In this document: in pieces, positions 1 to 11,179 of the stretch | How positions within the stretch are numbered: position 1 is the first letter of the stretch | Layout of the letters: each line of letters opens with the position of its first letter | Assembly (NCBI GenBank): GCA_036648455.1 | Contig: JAVXIH010000001.1 | Location: forward strand, 1 to 52,061 | Length of the DNA: 52,061 bases | Source: Mucinivorans sp. | GTDB taxonomy: Bacteria > Bacteroidota > Bacteroidia > Bacteroidales > Rikenellaceae | Direction of reading: 5' to 3' | Program-made: the position numbers and the translations under genes | Notes under the pieces: model-generated | The model's input: the letters and a program-made list of their open reading frames with translations, nothing else | What the model was told of the DNA's origin: nothing | The model's database searches: none

Positions 1-73
1 GAGCTTACTTGAAGTAAGTGAGGATTTTAAGATCCTAAGCCCAACGCCGAAAAAACAATTTTTAGAAGTCACC
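1..73 (+). mobile_element. Family A palindromic MITE-like repeat, 3' half (cut by window edge)
   Basis: Aligns by eye with 36990-37065; ends in AATTTTTAGAAGTCACC, the inverted counterpart of GGGGGCTTCTAAAAATT at 52024. Confidence 0.75.
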
Positions 74-78
74 ATAAG

Positions 79-100
79 CTAATTTTCAGAAGACCCCCTC
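79..100 (-). repeat. Isolated family A terminal inverted repeat
   Basis: Reverse complement GAGGGGGTCTTCTGAAAATTAG matches the left ends at 12850 and 36941. Confidence 0.6.
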
Positions 101-137
101 TCTTTTGGCTCCGAGTTGATTCGCTCGCCGCGGATGG

Positions 138-2582
138 CTACCTGATGTTGGCAATCGACATAATGTCGGCAAACACACCAGCTGCCGTCACCCCTGCTCC
201 GGCACCATAGCCCTTGATCTGCAACGGATACTCGCGATAACGAGATGAGTGGATCAAAATTATATTGTTGCTACCTTCCAAATTGTAGAATGGATGATCT
301 TTGCCTACCTCCTGCAACGAAACGCGGCACTTGCCCTCACTCATTGCAGCCACAAAGCGCCAACGCATCTGTTTGGCTTCCATCACTTTACGCTTAGCCT
401 CCCACTCTTGGTCGAGCGATGGCACACGCGCCCAAAATTCATCCAACGAACCCGAGAAAAGGTCGCTCGGGATGAAGAGTTCCTTCTGGACATCTTCTAT
501 TTCAACCTGATAGCCGCTCTCGCGAGTGAGGATCACCAATTTACGCATCACATCCATCCCGCTCAGGTCGATCCGCGGATCGGGCTCGGCATAACCCGCC
601 TGGCGAGCCATCATAATCGCCTTGGACAGAGGCACATCGGCCGCCAAAACATTGAAAATATAGTTCAGCGTACCCGACACCACAGCCTCCAGACCGAGTA
701 TCTTGTCGCCCGAATTGCAGAGGTCGTTGATCGTGCCAATGATCGGCAGGCCAGCGCCCACGTTGGTCTCGAACAGGAATTTCACATCGCGCGCACGTGC
801 CAAATTTTTCAACTTCGAGTAATGGGCATAGTCCGACGAAGCGGCAATCTTGTTGGCCGTCACCACCGACACGTTGTGTTCCAGCAGACGATCGTAGAGC
901 GCCGCCACGCTTGGAGCTGCGGTGCAATCGACAAAAACAGAGTTGAAAATATTTTCGGAAACTATTTTTTCAACCAAGCTCTCGGGCGAGGATACACAGC
1001 CACTCGCGGCAAGCAAAGTCTTGTAATTTTTCAGATCAAGCCCATCACGATCGAAAATCATACGCTTCGAATTCGAAATACCTACAATATTGATTTTCAG
1101 CCCATTCTGTTCCATCAAGCGTTTTTGCTGACCCTCGATTTGTTGCAACAAATTGTCGCCCACCAAGCCGACCCCAGTCAGGAAGAGGTTCAGTTCACGA
1201 TATTCCGACAAGAAAAACGAGCTATGCAGCACCGCGATCGCCTTGCGAAGCGAAGCGAGTTCGGTGACAAAAGATATATTTGTTTGAGCCGCCCCCTGAG
1301 CCGAGGCGATAATATTGATACCCGCGCGCCCCAAAGTGCCGAAAAGCTTACCGGCCACACCTGTCAAATCGCGCATCCCTTCGCCCACAACGGCAACCGT
1401 GGCCAGGTTTTTCTGAACGATCACCTCGTCGATTTCGCCCATGGCGATCTCTTGCGCAAATTCGGTGCTCAACGTGGCAACGGCTCTCTGCGCGTCGCCA
1501 TTACAAATACCGATGGAAGTTGTATTCTCGGAACTGGCTTGACTGACCAAAAAGACCGAGATTCCAGACTTAGACAAACATTTGAAAATACGATAGTTAA
1601 CCCCAATCACACCCACCATACCGAGCCCGCGAACCGTCAGCAAACACGTGTCGTTGATCGACGAGATGCCCTTGACCACTTTCTGCGAGCGGTCATTAGG
1701 TTCGAAACGAGCGATATACGTTCCGCGGCACGTTGGATTGAATGTGTTGCGGATAATGATTGGAATATTGGCGTTGTAGGCGGGAAAAATCGTAGGTGGG
1801 TAGATCACCTTGGCTCCGAAATTACACAACTCCATCGCCTCGACAAAGCTCAGGCGCTCGATGAGTAGCGCGCGGTCGATCACCCTTGGATCGGCCGTCA
1901 TAAAGCCGTCCACATCGGTGTAAATATAGAGTTGATCCGCCCCCAAAGCTGCTGCCACAATGGCGGCCGTGTAGTCCGATCCGCCACGCCCCAAATTAGT
2001 AGCTTCGCCCGTTGTTTTGTCCGAACTAATAAAGCCACCCATCACCGTCACGCGCGAGGGATGTTCGCCGAAATATTGAACCAAAAGGCTGTTAGTCAGC
2101 GTAAAATCAATAATATGGCGCGAAAAATATGGCTCTGTTTTGATCAACCCGCGAGCCTCGGCGTGCGAAGCTCCTGGGATCATTGCCGCCACGATAATGG
2201 AGCTCAACCGTTCGCCATAGGCAACGATGGCGGCCAGAGTGCGCGGCGAAAGATCGGAAATAAGCGACACACCTCGCAAAATATTGGAAAGTTCATCGAA
2301 CAAAGCATCCAACTTCTCGATGATCGCCCCCTGAAACTCGGCTTCAAGGCACCCGCACACTGCGCGGTGGTGACGCTCGATAAGGGTGGACAATTCCTTT
2401 TGGAACTCGTCGTTCCGCCCTTCGCGAGCGGCAGTTGCCATCGCAATCAGTTGATCCGTCACCCCCCCAAGGGCCGAAACCACAACAACAGCTGGCGTGT
2501 CGAGCTGAGTCACTATGTCTTTGATCGAATGCAGCCCCTCGATCGAACCAACCGACGAACCACCGAATTTTAGTACTTTCAT
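138..2582 (-). CDS. thrA: Bifunctional aspartate kinase/homoserine dehydrogenase I
   Basis: KFGGSS, GRGGSD, ACT domains, GVGLVG NAD-binding motif, ETNVGAGLP, AEPDP; 814 aa. Confidence 0.97.
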   Translation of the reverse strand: MKVLKFGGSSVGSIEGLHSIKDIVTQLDTPAVVVVSALGGVTDQLIAMATAAREGRNDEFQKELSTLIERHHRAVCGCLEAEFQGAIIEKLDALFDELSNILRGVSLISDLSPRTLAAIVAYGERLSSIIVAAMIPGASHAEARGLIKTEPYFSRHIIDFTLTNSLLVQYFGEHPSRVTVMGGFISSDKTTGEATNLGRGGSDYTAAIVAAALGADQLYIYTDVDGFMTADPRVIDRALLIERLSFVEAMELCNFGAKVIYPPTIFPAYNANIPIIIRNTFNPTCRGTYIARFEPNDRSQKVVKGISSINDTCLLTVRGLGMVGVIGVNYRIFKCLSKSGISVFLVSQASSENTTSIGICNGDAQRAVATLSTEFAQEIAMGEIDEVIVQKNLATVAVVGEGMRDLTGVAGKLFGTLGRAGINIIASAQGAAQTNISFVTELASLRKAIAVLHSSFFLSEYRELNLFLTGVGLVGDNLLQQIEGQQKRLMEQNGLKINIVGISNSKRMIFDRDGLDLKNYKTLLAASGCVSSPESLVEKIVSENIFNSVFVDCTAAPSVAALYDRLLEHNVSVVTANKIAASSDYAHYSKLKNLARARDVKFLFETNVGAGLPIIGTINDLCNSGDKILGLEAVVSGTLNYIFNVLAADVPLSKAIMMARQAGYAEPDPRIDLSGMDVMRKLVILTRESGYQVEIEDVQKELFIPSDLFSGSLDEFWARVPSLDQEWEAKRKVMEAKQMRWRFVAAMSEGKCRVSLQEVGKDHPFYNLEGSNNIILIHSSRYREYPLQIKGYGAGAGVTAAGVFADIMSIANIR

Positions 2583-2617
2583 TTTGATTAAAGTCGCAAA
2601 AGAGTTAATTGAAAGAG

Positions 2618-2625
2618 CAAAGTTA
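2618..2625 (-). promoter_or_regulatory. Bacteroidota sigma-A -7 element for thrA
   Basis: TAACTTTG on minus strand matches TAnnTTTG. Confidence 0.55.
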
Positions 2626-2636
2626 TGATTTTTTTG

Positions 2637-2644
2637 TAATTTTG
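2637..2644 (+). promoter_or_regulatory. Bacteroidota sigma-A -7 element for argB
   Basis: TAATTTTG just upstream of the ATG. Confidence 0.55.
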
Positions 2645-2651
2645 TGGCATT

Positions 2652-3389
2652 ATGGAATCAATAAAAATTATCAAGATCGGCGGCAACGTGGTTGACAACA
2701 GCGCGGCACTGACCGATTTCCTATCCCAATTCGCCACCATCGCGGGGCGCAAAATTCTAGTCCACGGCGGCGGGAAGATCGCCTCCACCATCGGGCGGCA
2801 GCTTGGTATCGAACCCGTGATGATCGGTGGGCGACGCGTGACCGACTCGGCAACGCTAGACGTGGTGACGATGGTGTACGGGGGCAAGGTCAATAAAAAT
2901 ATCGTTGCCCAGCTGCTCTCTCTGGGTGTGAACGCCGTCGGGCTGACTGGGGTAGACGGGGCGCTGGTTCGCTCGGTGCGTAGAGCCAGTGTGCCGATCG
3001 ATTATGGACAGGTGGGCGATCCGAATAAAGTCAACGTCGATCTGCTTAAAATACTCATTGACAATAATTTCACGCCAATTATCGCACCGTTGACCATTGG
3101 CCAGGACAATGAAATTCTCAACACCAACGCCGACACGATGGCTCAAACCGTAGCCACGGCAATGGTGAATAGTTATTCCGTTGACCTGATCTATACCTTT
3201 GAATTAGAGGGAGTTATGGACAAAAATCAGACGTTGATCGAACATATAACACCACACGATTTCGAAATTTTGAAAGCCGATGGCACGGTGAGTGGCGGAA
3301 TGCTGCCTAAGATCGAAAATGCACTCGCCGCCGTGGCTTCGGGGGTCAACAAGGTGATGATCGGCAGCACCGTTATAGCAAATAACTAG
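2652..3389 (+). CDS. argB: Acetylglutamate kinase
   Basis: KIGG, VHGGG, GRRVTD, NTNAD, GGMLPK motifs. Confidence 0.93.
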   Translation: MESIKIIKIGGNVVDNSAALTDFLSQFATIAGRKILVHGGGKIASTIGRQLGIEPVMIGGRRVTDSATLDVVTMVYGGKVNKNIVAQLLSLGVNAVGLTGVDGALVRSVRRASVPIDYGQVGDPNKVNVDLLKILIDNNFTPIIAPLTIGQDNEILNTNADTMAQTVATAMVNSYSVDLIYTFELEGVMDKNQTLIEHITPHDFEILKADGTVSGGMLPKIENALAAVASGVNKVMIGSTVIANN

Positions 3390-3396
3390 CTGACAC

Positions 3397-4470
3397 TCAT
3401 ACAAATAACGGGGCGATCAGCGCATCAGCAATAAGCCATTCGCGCTCTGGAATCCACGCGTGCGTAGCGTCAACTGCGATGGGGGCGCGGGGCGAAAGAT
3501 CGGTGAAATTGCGCCCGAAAAGGCGATTGTATTCTGCTAAATCGACCCCTTGCTTGGTGCGAAGATGAATCATCAGATATTCGTTGTGCGTGTCTTCGGC
3601 CGTCAGTGTTTCGCCCTCAGCGGCAGCTCCTGCGGCGTATAACTTATTGCTGCTCACGTTCCACGAGCGATGATCAACCCCATCGAACGAGTGCGCCGCG
3701 GGGCCAATACCAAGATATGGCACCCCACGCCAATAGCCAGAATTGTGACGCGAATGGCGCGTGGGCTGTGCGAAATTCGAAATCTCGTAATGGTCAAAAC
3801 CAGCTTCGCGCAGAGCATCACACAACATATTGTACTGCAACACGCTGCGACATTCGTCGATCGGCTTCATTCCGCGCCGCCCGAAAACCGTTTTTTCTTC
3901 GATCGACAGGTGATAGGCGGAAATATGCTGAACATCAAGCCCGATAGCAGTCTCGATGTTTGTCGCCCACTGGCTTTCGCTCATCGAAGGCAGACCATAA
4001 ATCAGATCGATCGAAATGTTGTCGAACCCCGCCTGCTGGGCATCTCGCACCGCTTGCTGGGCTTCGAGGCTCGTGTGGTGGCGATTCATCTGCGCCAAAT
4101 GCGAATCCACAAAACTCTGGATACCAATCGACAAACGATTCACCCCGAGCGATCTGATGGCTTCAAGATATTCTAGATTCAGGTGTTCAGGATTCGCCTC
4201 AACGGTAAATTCCGCGATATGAGTAAGATCGAAATTCGAGCGCAAAGCATCGACGATCAACGAAAATTGATCGATCGAGAGGATCGAAGGTGTCCCTCCG
4301 CCAAAATATAGCGTTTCGCTCGGTCGATCGTTCAGAAAATGGCGACGGTGCTCGATCTCGCGCACCATTGCCGCCAAAACATCATCCATCCCCCCACGCG
4401 AGGCGACAGAGTAAAAATCACAGTAGAAACATTTGCTGGCGCAAAAAGGAATGTGAATATATATCATCAC
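3397..4470 (-). CDS. hemW: Radical SAM heme chaperone HemW (HemN-like)
   Basis: YIHIPFCASKCFYCDF, GGGTPS, YEISNF, HNSGYW. Confidence 0.9.
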   Translation of the reverse strand: MMIYIHIPFCASKCFYCDFYSVASRGGMDDVLAAMVREIEHRRHFLNDRPSETLYFGGGTPSILSIDQFSLIVDALRSNFDLTHIAEFTVEANPEHLNLEYLEAIRSLGVNRLSIGIQSFVDSHLAQMNRHHTSLEAQQAVRDAQQAGFDNISIDLIYGLPSMSESQWATNIETAIGLDVQHISAYHLSIEEKTVFGRRGMKPIDECRSVLQYNMLCDALREAGFDHYEISNFAQPTRHSRHNSGYWRGVPYLGIGPAAHSFDGVDHRSWNVSSNKLYAAGAAAEGETLTAEDTHNEYLMIHLRTKQGVDLAEYNRLFGRNFTDLSPRAPIAVDATHAWIPEREWLIADALIAPLFV

Positions 4471-5720
4471 AAGCCCCTGTCGCTAAGCAGCTTGAGTCGC
4501 AACTCATTGAGCACAAACGAGGCGGCACGATCCACGCAAACTTCACGCGGGGATCCAAAATTCCGCACCGCACTCACCACACCCCCGCGCCAAGCAACGG
4601 CCATCCACACCGTGCCGACTGGTTTTTCCGCTGTGCCACCCGTGGGCCCCGCAATGCCGCTCGTGGCGATCGAATAGTCGGAATCCATAATTTTCAACAC
4701 CCCCACCGCCATCGCCTCAACAACTTGGCCACTCACGGCTCCGTGCTCTTCGATCAGCGCGGCATCAACCCCCAAGACCTTAGTTTTCACCATATTATCA
4801 TACGCCACCACTCCGCCTTTGAAATATTGCGACGCGCCCGCCATCGCCGTAAAGCGCGCAGCGATCACCCCACCCGTACAACTCTCGCCCACCGAAACGG
4901 TGGCTCCACGCGCTAAGAGATGCTGGGCGATCGAAGCCTCCAAGGATGTGGGTTCATATCCCACGATATTTTGCGGAATTATCCGACTAAGCTCTGTAAA
5001 TTGTTGAGCGATAATATTTTCAACATCACCCTTAGAAACGCCATAGGCAGACAGCCGCAACCTGATACCACGCGGATTGGGCAGATAGGCCAGGTGCAAA
5101 AACGATGGCAACGCCGACTCCCAAGCCGCGATTCTCAGGGCAAGTTCGCTCTCGGGTAGCCCAAAGACAAGCACCGTGGAGTGGAGCACCGCATCCAAAG
5201 CAAAACCATCAACCACACGCGGCAGAACCTCCTTGTCCATCAGCTCCTTCATCTCGAAAGGCACGCCTGGCAGACAAAAGAGCATCGTCCCGTCCACCGT
5301 GCGGGTCAACCCAGGAGCCGACCCAACGGCATTGTGCATCACCGTAAAACCCTGAGGCACATCGGCTTGCTCTTGGTTGAGATGATTAAACTCGATCCCG
5401 CGCTGGGCAACGAGCGCCCTCACGTGAGCATAGACCGCCTCGTCGCGCTCCATCGTACACCCAAAAAGCGAACACAGCGCCGCCTTAGTTATATCGTCTT
5501 TGGTGGGGCCCAGCCCGCCAGTAACAATCACTATATCACTGATTTTAATAGCATTAGCGATAGTCCTGACGATCATATCGTTCTCGTCGCCAATAGCAAA
5601 GCGTTCGATGAGATTGACTCCTATTTCGTTGAGTCGTTGCCCGATCCACGCCGAATTTGTATCGATCACCTGCCCAATGAGCAGCTCGTCACCGATGGTT
5701 ATGATTGTAGCGTTTTGCAT
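4467..5720 (-). CDS. cinA: CinA family competence/damage-inducible protein (NMN deamidase C-terminal domain)
   Basis: IGDELLIGQVIDTN, GGLGPTKDD, LPGVP, ESCTGG, SGIAGPTGG. Confidence 0.93.
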   Translation of the reverse strand: MQNATIITIGDELLIGQVIDTNSAWIGQRLNEIGVNLIERFAIGDENDMIVRTIANAIKISDIVIVTGGLGPTKDDITKAALCSLFGCTMERDEAVYAHVRALVAQRGIEFNHLNQEQADVPQGFTVMHNAVGSAPGLTRTVDGTMLFCLPGVPFEMKELMDKEVLPRVVDGFALDAVLHSTVLVFGLPESELALRIAAWESALPSFLHLAYLPNPRGIRLRLSAYGVSKGDVENIIAQQFTELSRIIPQNIVGYEPTSLEASIAQHLLARGATVSVGESCTGGVIAARFTAMAGASQYFKGGVVAYDNMVKTKVLGVDAALIEEHGAVSGQVVEAMAVGVLKIMDSDYSIATSGIAGPTGGTAEKPVGTVWMAVAWRGGVVSAVRNFGSPREVCVDRAASFVLNELRLKLLSDRGL

Positions 5721-6727
5721 ATTTTAGAGGCCAGCGAAGGCCCTTGATAGATAAATCCACTATAAATTTGAATTAGCGAAGCCCCCGCTTCGAGCATCGC
5801 CTGAGCATCCTCCACGCTCATAATACCCCCCACGCCAATGATGGGAATGCGCCCGCCGGTGCGCTGGTGGATGTAGCTCACCGTCTGACGCGCGCGAAGG
5901 GTCAGTGGCGCACCGCTCAACCCGCCGCGACCTATTTTATCGATTCGCTCCGTCGGCGTTTTGAGCCCCTCGCGTGAGGTGGTGGTGTTGGTGGCCACAA
6001 TGCCGTCGAGCTTTGATTCGCGCACCACATCGATCATCGTGTCGAGCCCTTCGCGAGTCAAATCGGGCGAAATTTTCAACAATATGGGGCGATATTCGCT
6101 CTGCCCTTTGCGGAAATCTTTCAACGCATTAATTATTTCCATCGTCCCCTCTTTGTTCTGTAACTGGGTGAGGTTCGCCACATTAGGGCAGCTCACATTC
6201 ACCACAAAATAGTCCACATAATCATACAACGAGCGGAAAGCGCGCAAATAATCGCTCGCCGCGTGGTCGTTGTTGGTCAGTGTATTTTTGCCGATATTGC
6301 CCCCCACAATGATACGATGTTTGTTGTGTAGACGCAGGCTTTCGGCCGCGTGTTCGGCACCTTTATTGTTGAAACCCATACGGTTGACTATCGCTTGGTC
6401 TTCCACCAGACGGAAACAACGCGGACGCGGATTGCCCCCCTGAGCGCGCGGGGTGACCGTGCCTATCTCCACAAAGCCAAAGCCCAGGTTGGCCAACATA
6501 TCGGCACATTCGGCATCCTTGTCAAAACCAGCCGCCAGACCTACTGGGTTTGGAAATTTGAGCCCAAAAAGTTCACGCTCCAAACTCGGGTGGCGCACGG
6601 TGAACAGCGCCCTCATTGCGCTCGGAGCCAGAGGCACATAACGCAAAAATCGGAGCAGACCAACCATCGTGTGGTGGATCATTTCGGGGTCGATCTTGAA
6701 TAATAACGGTTTGATTAATTTATACAT
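5699..6727 (-). CDS. pyrD: Quinone-dependent dihydroorotate dehydrogenase (class 2); start moved to ATG at 6727
   Basis: GLAAGFDK, NRMGFNN, NVSCPN, KISPD, GGLSG; the longer ORF start overlaps aconitase. Confidence 0.93.
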   Translation of the reverse strand: MYKLIKPLLFKIDPEMIHHTMVGLLRFLRYVPLAPSAMRALFTVRHPSLERELFGLKFPNPVGLAAGFDKDAECADMLANLGFGFVEIGTVTPRAQGGNPRPRCFRLVEDQAIVNRMGFNNKGAEHAAESLRLHNKHRIIVGGNIGKNTLTNNDHAASDYLRAFRSLYDYVDYFVVNVSCPNVANLTQLQNKEGTMEIINALKDFRKGQSEYRPILLKISPDLTREGLDTMIDVVRESKLDGIVATNTTTSREGLKTPTERIDKIGRGGLSGAPLTLRARQTVSYIHQRTGGRIPIIGVGGIMSVEDAQAMLEAGASLIQIYSGFIYQGPSLASKICKTLQS

Positions 6728-6741
6728 AAGTGCGTAATTTT

Positions 6742-8967
6742 TCAATACATCTGACTTTGAGCCTTGGCGCGGATCAGGTTGAGCGCCGAACCAGCCTCGA
6801 ACCATTCGATCTGCTGGCGGTTGTAGGTGTGCGCCACTTTGATCTCGGCGCTCGACCCATCGGGGTGGTGCACCACAACAAGAGGCTCGAAAGAGGTCAG
6901 ACCAACGACATCCAGCGTATCGTGTTCGCCAATCAAGTCATAGTCCTGCTTGGTGCAAAAAGTCAGAGCCAGCACACCTTGCTTTTTGAGGTTCGTTTCG
7001 TGGATACGCGCAAAAGATTTAGCCAACACCGCGCGAACGCCCAGAAAGCGTGGTTCCATCGCCGCGTGCTCACGCGAGGAGCCTTCGCCATAATTTTCCT
7101 CCGCCACAACAATCGTCCCAAGCCCCGCATCGCGATAAACCATCGCCGAAGCCGAAACACGATCATATTCGCCTTTAATACGGTTGAAAACCTTATCCTT
7201 CTCGCCATTAAAACTATTGACGGCTGCCATCAACATATTTTGCGAAATATTGGCCAAGTGTCCGCGAAAACGCAGCCACGAGCCAGCCGCCGATATATGG
7301 TCGGTGGTACATTTGCCGCTCACCTTGATCAGCAGAGCTAGACCCTTCATATCCTGACCGTCCCACGCCCCGAAGGGGGTGAGTAGTTGCAACCGTTCCG
7401 ATGCGCTGTCGATTGTGATGGGCCGATCCTGGCCGCTTGGCAACACCCGCCCCGCCCCACGCGAGGCATATCCATCGGCAGGCAATTCAGCGCCACAAGG
7501 CTCATCCAACATCACCCACTGCCCACGATCGTTGAGTAGTTTGTCCTTCAACGGATTAAAAGTGATACGTCCAGCCAGTGTGAGCGCCGTTGTCAATTCG
7601 GGCGAGGCCACAAAGGCGTGGGTGAGCGGATTGCCATCGTTGCGCGCCACAAAGTTGCGATTGAAGCTGGTCACTATGCTGTTCGCCCCGCGTTTTGGGT
7701 CGCCGCTACGCTTCCATTGACCGATACACGCCCCGCAAGCGTTCGCCATCACCGTGCCTCCAATGGCGCGCAGGGGCACGAGAATCTCGTCGCGAGCCGC
7801 TGTTTCGTATACACTCTCGGAACCAGGGGTGATGATAAATTGAGCCGCGCTCCGAATACCTTTTTTCTCGGCATCACGCGCCACGCTTGCCGAGCGAGAG
7901 AGATCCTCATACGAGGAGTTGGTACACGAACCGATCAAGCCAACCTCCAACAGTTCGGGGTAGCCTTTCTCCTTGACCACGGCTGCAAAATCACTGATCG
8001 AACAAGCAGCGTCAGGCGTAAAAGGACCGTTGATATATGGTTCGAGAGTCGAAAGGTCGATCTCGATCACTTGGTCGTAGCGAGCATCGCGATCGGCTTC
8101 CAAATATTGTTGCACCCCGTCGGCAGCCTCGGCCACCGCCTCGCGCCCCGTGGCCACAAGATATTCACGAATCTTGCCATCATATGGGAAAATCGAGCAA
8201 GTAGCCCCCACTTCGGCACCCATATTACAGATAGTCGCCTTGCCGGTGGCCGAAATCGAACGACAACCGTCTCCGAAATATTCGATCACAGCGTTGGTCG
8301 CCCCCTTGACGGTCAGAATACCAGCCAATTTCAAAATCACATCCTTGGCCGCCGCCCAACCCGACAAGTGCCCCGTGAGGTGAACACCGATCACACGCGG
8401 CATTTTGAGTTCCCAATCCAAACCCGCCATCACATCCGAAGCATCAGCCCCGCCCACACCAATGGCCACCATCGCCAAACCACCCGCATTGGGTGTGTGG
8501 CTATCCGTGCCGATGATCATCCCGCCCGGGAAAGCGTAATTTTCGAGCACCACTTGATGAATAATCCCCGCACCAGGACCCCAAAAATCAATACCGTATT
8601 TATCCGCCACATCGGCCAGAAAATTGTAGACCTCCCCATTTGTGGTCTTAGCAAGCTTCAAATCGTATGCCGCGCCATTCTCGGCACGAATCAGGTGGTC
8701 GCAATGCACCGAAGTGGGCACGGCAACCGTCCGCCGCCCAGCGTTCATAAATTGTAGAAGCGCCATTTGTGCCGTTGCGTCCTGCATCGCCACACGATCG
8801 GGGCGAAAAAGCGCATAATCGACCCCGCGGGCAAAACCATCCGCAGGCAAAGGTTCGCTCAGGTGAGCATACAGAATTTTTTCCACCAAGGTTAGCGGGC
8901 CAGTAATTGCATCTAACTTCGCAGGCAAAGTGGCATAATGTTCAATTATCATCCGATCTGTCATCAT
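6742..8967 (-). CDS. acnA: Aconitate hydratase (mitochondrial-like Bacteroidota type)
   Basis: [48 protein letters not shown]. Confidence 0.95.
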   Translation of the reverse strand: MMTDRMIIEHYATLPAKLDAITGPLTLVEKILYAHLSEPLPADGFARGVDYALFRPDRVAMQDATAQMALLQFMNAGRRTVAVPTSVHCDHLIRAENGAAYDLKLAKTTNGEVYNFLADVADKYGIDFWGPGAGIIHQVVLENYAFPGGMIIGTDSHTPNAGGLAMVAIGVGGADASDVMAGLDWELKMPRVIGVHLTGHLSGWAAAKDVILKLAGILTVKGATNAVIEYFGDGCRSISATGKATICNMGAEVGATCSIFPYDGKIREYLVATGREAVAEAADGVQQYLEADRDARYDQVIEIDLSTLEPYINGPFTPDAACSISDFAAVVKEKGYPELLEVGLIGSCTNSSYEDLSRSASVARDAEKKGIRSAAQFIITPGSESVYETAARDEILVPLRAIGGTVMANACGACIGQWKRSGDPKRGANSIVTSFNRNFVARNDGNPLTHAFVASPELTTALTLAGRITFNPLKDKLLNDRGQWVMLDEPCGAELPADGYASRGAGRVLPSGQDRPITIDSASERLQLLTPFGAWDGQDMKGLALLIKVSGKCTTDHISAAGSWLRFRGHLANISQNMLMAAVNSFNGEKDKVFNRIKGEYDRVSASAMVYRDAGLGTIVVAEENYGEGSSREHAAMEPRFLGVRAVLAKSFARIHETNLKKQGVLALTFCTKQDYDLIGEHDTLDVVGLTSFEPLVVVHHPDGSSAEIKVAHTYNRQQIEWFEAGSALNLIRAKAQSQMY

Positions 8968-8986
8968 ATCCTTTTATTTTATAGTG

Positions 8987-8994
8987 CAAATATA
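8987..8994 (-). promoter_or_regulatory. -7 element for the acn-pyrD-cinA-hemW unit
   Basis: TATATTTG on minus strand. Confidence 0.55.
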
Positions 8995-9017
8995 GTGTAA
9001 TAGTTACGAAAAAATCA

Positions 9018-9025
9018 TAAATTTG
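9018..9025 (+). promoter_or_regulatory. -7 element for the his operon
   Basis: TAAATTTG 25 nt upstream of the hisG ATG. Confidence 0.55.
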
Positions 9026-9050
9026 CCTCATAAATTAAATTTTGATATAA

Positions 9051-9902
9051 ATGATACGTCTAGCCATTCAGTCCAAGGGACGATTAAACGAAGATAGTGT
9101 TGATCTGTTGTCTCAATCTGGCATCGAGGTCGAACAGAGCCGCCGCCGCTTGTTGTCGCATTCTACCGATTTTCCGTTGGAGGTGCTCTATCTGCGCGAC
9201 GACGACATACCGTCAGCCGTGGCTCACGGAGCGGCCGACATCGGTATCGTTGGGCTCAACGAAGTGGAGGAAAAAATGATGAAAGTGGTGATCGCTCACC
9301 GTCTTGGTTTTGGGGCGTGCCGTCTGTCGTTGGCCATCCCCAAGGGCGAGAATTACTCTTCGCTTGATTATTTCAACGGTCGGCGAGTGGCCACATCATA
9401 CCCCGTGATTCTGAATCGATATTTCGAAGATAAAGGGATCACGGCCGACATTCACGAAATTTCTGGATCTGTCGAGATCGCCCCCACGGTGGGGTTGGCC
9501 GATGCTATTTTCGACATCGTCAGTTCGGGTAGCACGCTGATCAGCAACGGATTGAAAGAGGTAGAGGTGGTGCTCCACAGCGAGGCGGTGCTCATCGCGT
9601 CGCCCGATCTGGCGAGCGACAAACGCGCACTACTCGATCAGCTGATCTTCCGCTTCCAGGCCGTCGAACGCAGCGTGGGCAAGAAATATTTGTTGATGAA
9701 CCTCCCCTCTCACCGCGTGGCGGCAGCTACGGCGCTCATTCCAGGGGTCAAATCGCCAACCGTGCTGCCGCTGGCGCAAGAGGGCTGGTCGTCGGTGCAC
9801 GTGGTGGTGGATCAGAAAGAGCTTTGGACTAAGATCGAGGCGCTCAAAGCCATCGGAGCCGAAGATATATTGGTGCTTTCACTAGAAAAAATGATACTAT
9901 GA
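9051..9902 (+). CDS. hisG: ATP phosphoribosyltransferase (long form)
   Basis: AIQSKGRL, RDDDIP, ATSYP, GSVEIAP, DIVSSGSTL, C-terminal regulatory domain. Confidence 0.96.
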   Translation: MIRLAIQSKGRLNEDSVDLLSQSGIEVEQSRRRLLSHSTDFPLEVLYLRDDDIPSAVAHGAADIGIVGLNEVEEKMMKVVIAHRLGFGACRLSLAIPKGENYSSLDYFNGRRVATSYPVILNRYFEDKGITADIHEISGSVEIAPTVGLADAIFDIVSSGSTLISNGLKEVEVVLHSEAVLIASPDLASDKRALLDQLIFRFQAVERSVGKKYLLMNLPSHRVAAATALIPGVKSPTVLPLAQEGWSSVHVVVDQKELWTKIEALKAIGAEDILVLSLEKMIL

Positions 9903-11179
9903 TACGAGTGTATTCTAACCCCCCGCGCCAAGAGTGGGACTTGTTGACGGCGCGGGCAATGAGCGATCGCGGAACAGCAATTAACGCCACGGTAGCCAAA
10001 ATTATCGAACGCGTGCGCTATTCGGGCGATGAGGCGCTGGTGGAATTGAGCCGCGAGATTGACGGCGTGGAACTGTCCGATTTTTTGGTTTCGGAATCCG
10101 AAATTGCAGCCGCCAACAACAAAATCAGTAGCGAACTCAAACAAGCCATTGGCAAGGCATACGACAATATACAAAAATTTCACGCTGCACAGGTTTTTAC
10201 GCCGATCGAAATCGAAACCACCCCTGGCGTTCACTGTTCGCAACGCGCGGTTCCCATTGCGCGTATTGGGCTTTACATTCCTGGTGGCACAGCGCCGCTG
10301 TTTTCGACCGTGCTGATGCTTGGTGTGCCGGCCGCTGTGGCTGGATGTCCCGAGGTGGTGATGTGTAGCCCGCCCGACGGACAAGGGCACGTGGCTCCCG
10401 AGATACTCTACACAGCATCCCTTTGCGGGGTGAAGCATATTTACAAAATCGGGGGCGCGCAAGCCATCGCCGCTATGGCGTATGGCACTCAATCGATTGC
10501 TAAGGTTGATAAGATTTTCGGCCCTGGCAATCGCTACGTCACCGCGGCCAAGCAACAAGTGGGCGGCTCGGTGGTGGCCATCGATATGCCCGCCGGCCCA
10601 TCGGAGGTGATGATTCTGGCCGATCAATCGGCCGATGCTGCTTTTGTGGCGGCCGATATGCTCTCGCAAGTCGAACACGGAGCTGACAGCCAGGCGATTG
10701 CCGTGTGCCAAGACGAGGAATTTGCGTCAGAAATCAAAAATCATCTTGCCCGTCAACTTGTGGCGCTCGATCGAGTATCGATTGCGGCCAAGGCGCTCGA
10801 AAACAGCAAGATTATAGTGATCACAGACCGCGACGAGGTGATCGCCTTTGCCAACGCCTACGCGAGCGAGCACCTGATCATTTCGATGGAAGAGCCGTGG
10901 GATGTGGCTCGCCAGATCACAGCTGCTGGCAGTGTCTTCATCGGCAATTACACCCCCGAAAGCGCAGGCGATTACGCATCGGGCACCAACCACACCCTGC
11001 CCACTTCGGGTTGGGCACGTTCGATGAGCGGGGTCAACCTAGACAGTTTTACCCACAAAATCACATACCAAACAATCACCCGCCAAGGGCTCGCAGCCCT
11101 AGCGCCAACCATTATCACCATGGCGGACGGCGAAGGACTCACCGCCCACGCGATGGCCGTAAAACAAAGACTTAAATGA
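9899..11179 (+). CDS. hisD: Histidinol dehydrogenase
   Basis: GLYIPGG, GGAQAI, GPGN, IDMPAGPSE, EHL, GDYASGTNHTLPT. Confidence 0.97.
   Translation: MIRVYSNPPRQEWDLLTARAMSDRGTAINATVAKIIERVRYSGDEALVELSREIDGVELSDFLVSESEIAAANNKISSELKQAIGKAYDNIQKFHAAQVFTPIEIETTPGVHCSQRAVPIARIGLYIPGGTAPLFSTVLMLGVPAAVAGCPEVVMCSPPDGQGHVAPEILYTASLCGVKHIYKIGGAQAIAAMAYGTQSIAKVDKIFGPGNRYVTAAKQQVGGSVVAIDMPAGPSEVMILADQSADAAFVAADMLSQVEHGADSQAIAVCQDEEFASEIKNHLARQLVALDRVSIAAKALENSKIIVITDRDEVIAFANAYASEHLIISMEEPWDVARQITAAGSVFIGNYTPESAGDYASGTNHTLPTSGWARSMSGVNLDSFTHKITYQTITRQGLAALAPTIITMADGEGLTAHAMAVKQRLK

Noticed and set aside
249-1868. 539-aa ORF antisense to thrA (and similar ones at 7618-8757, 9812-10711, 49689-50639)
   Set aside because: Shadow frames opposite well-supported genes; no recognisable motifs
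8968-9050. Possible his attenuator or leader peptide
   Set aside because: Gap is short and AT-rich with no His-codon run or hairpins
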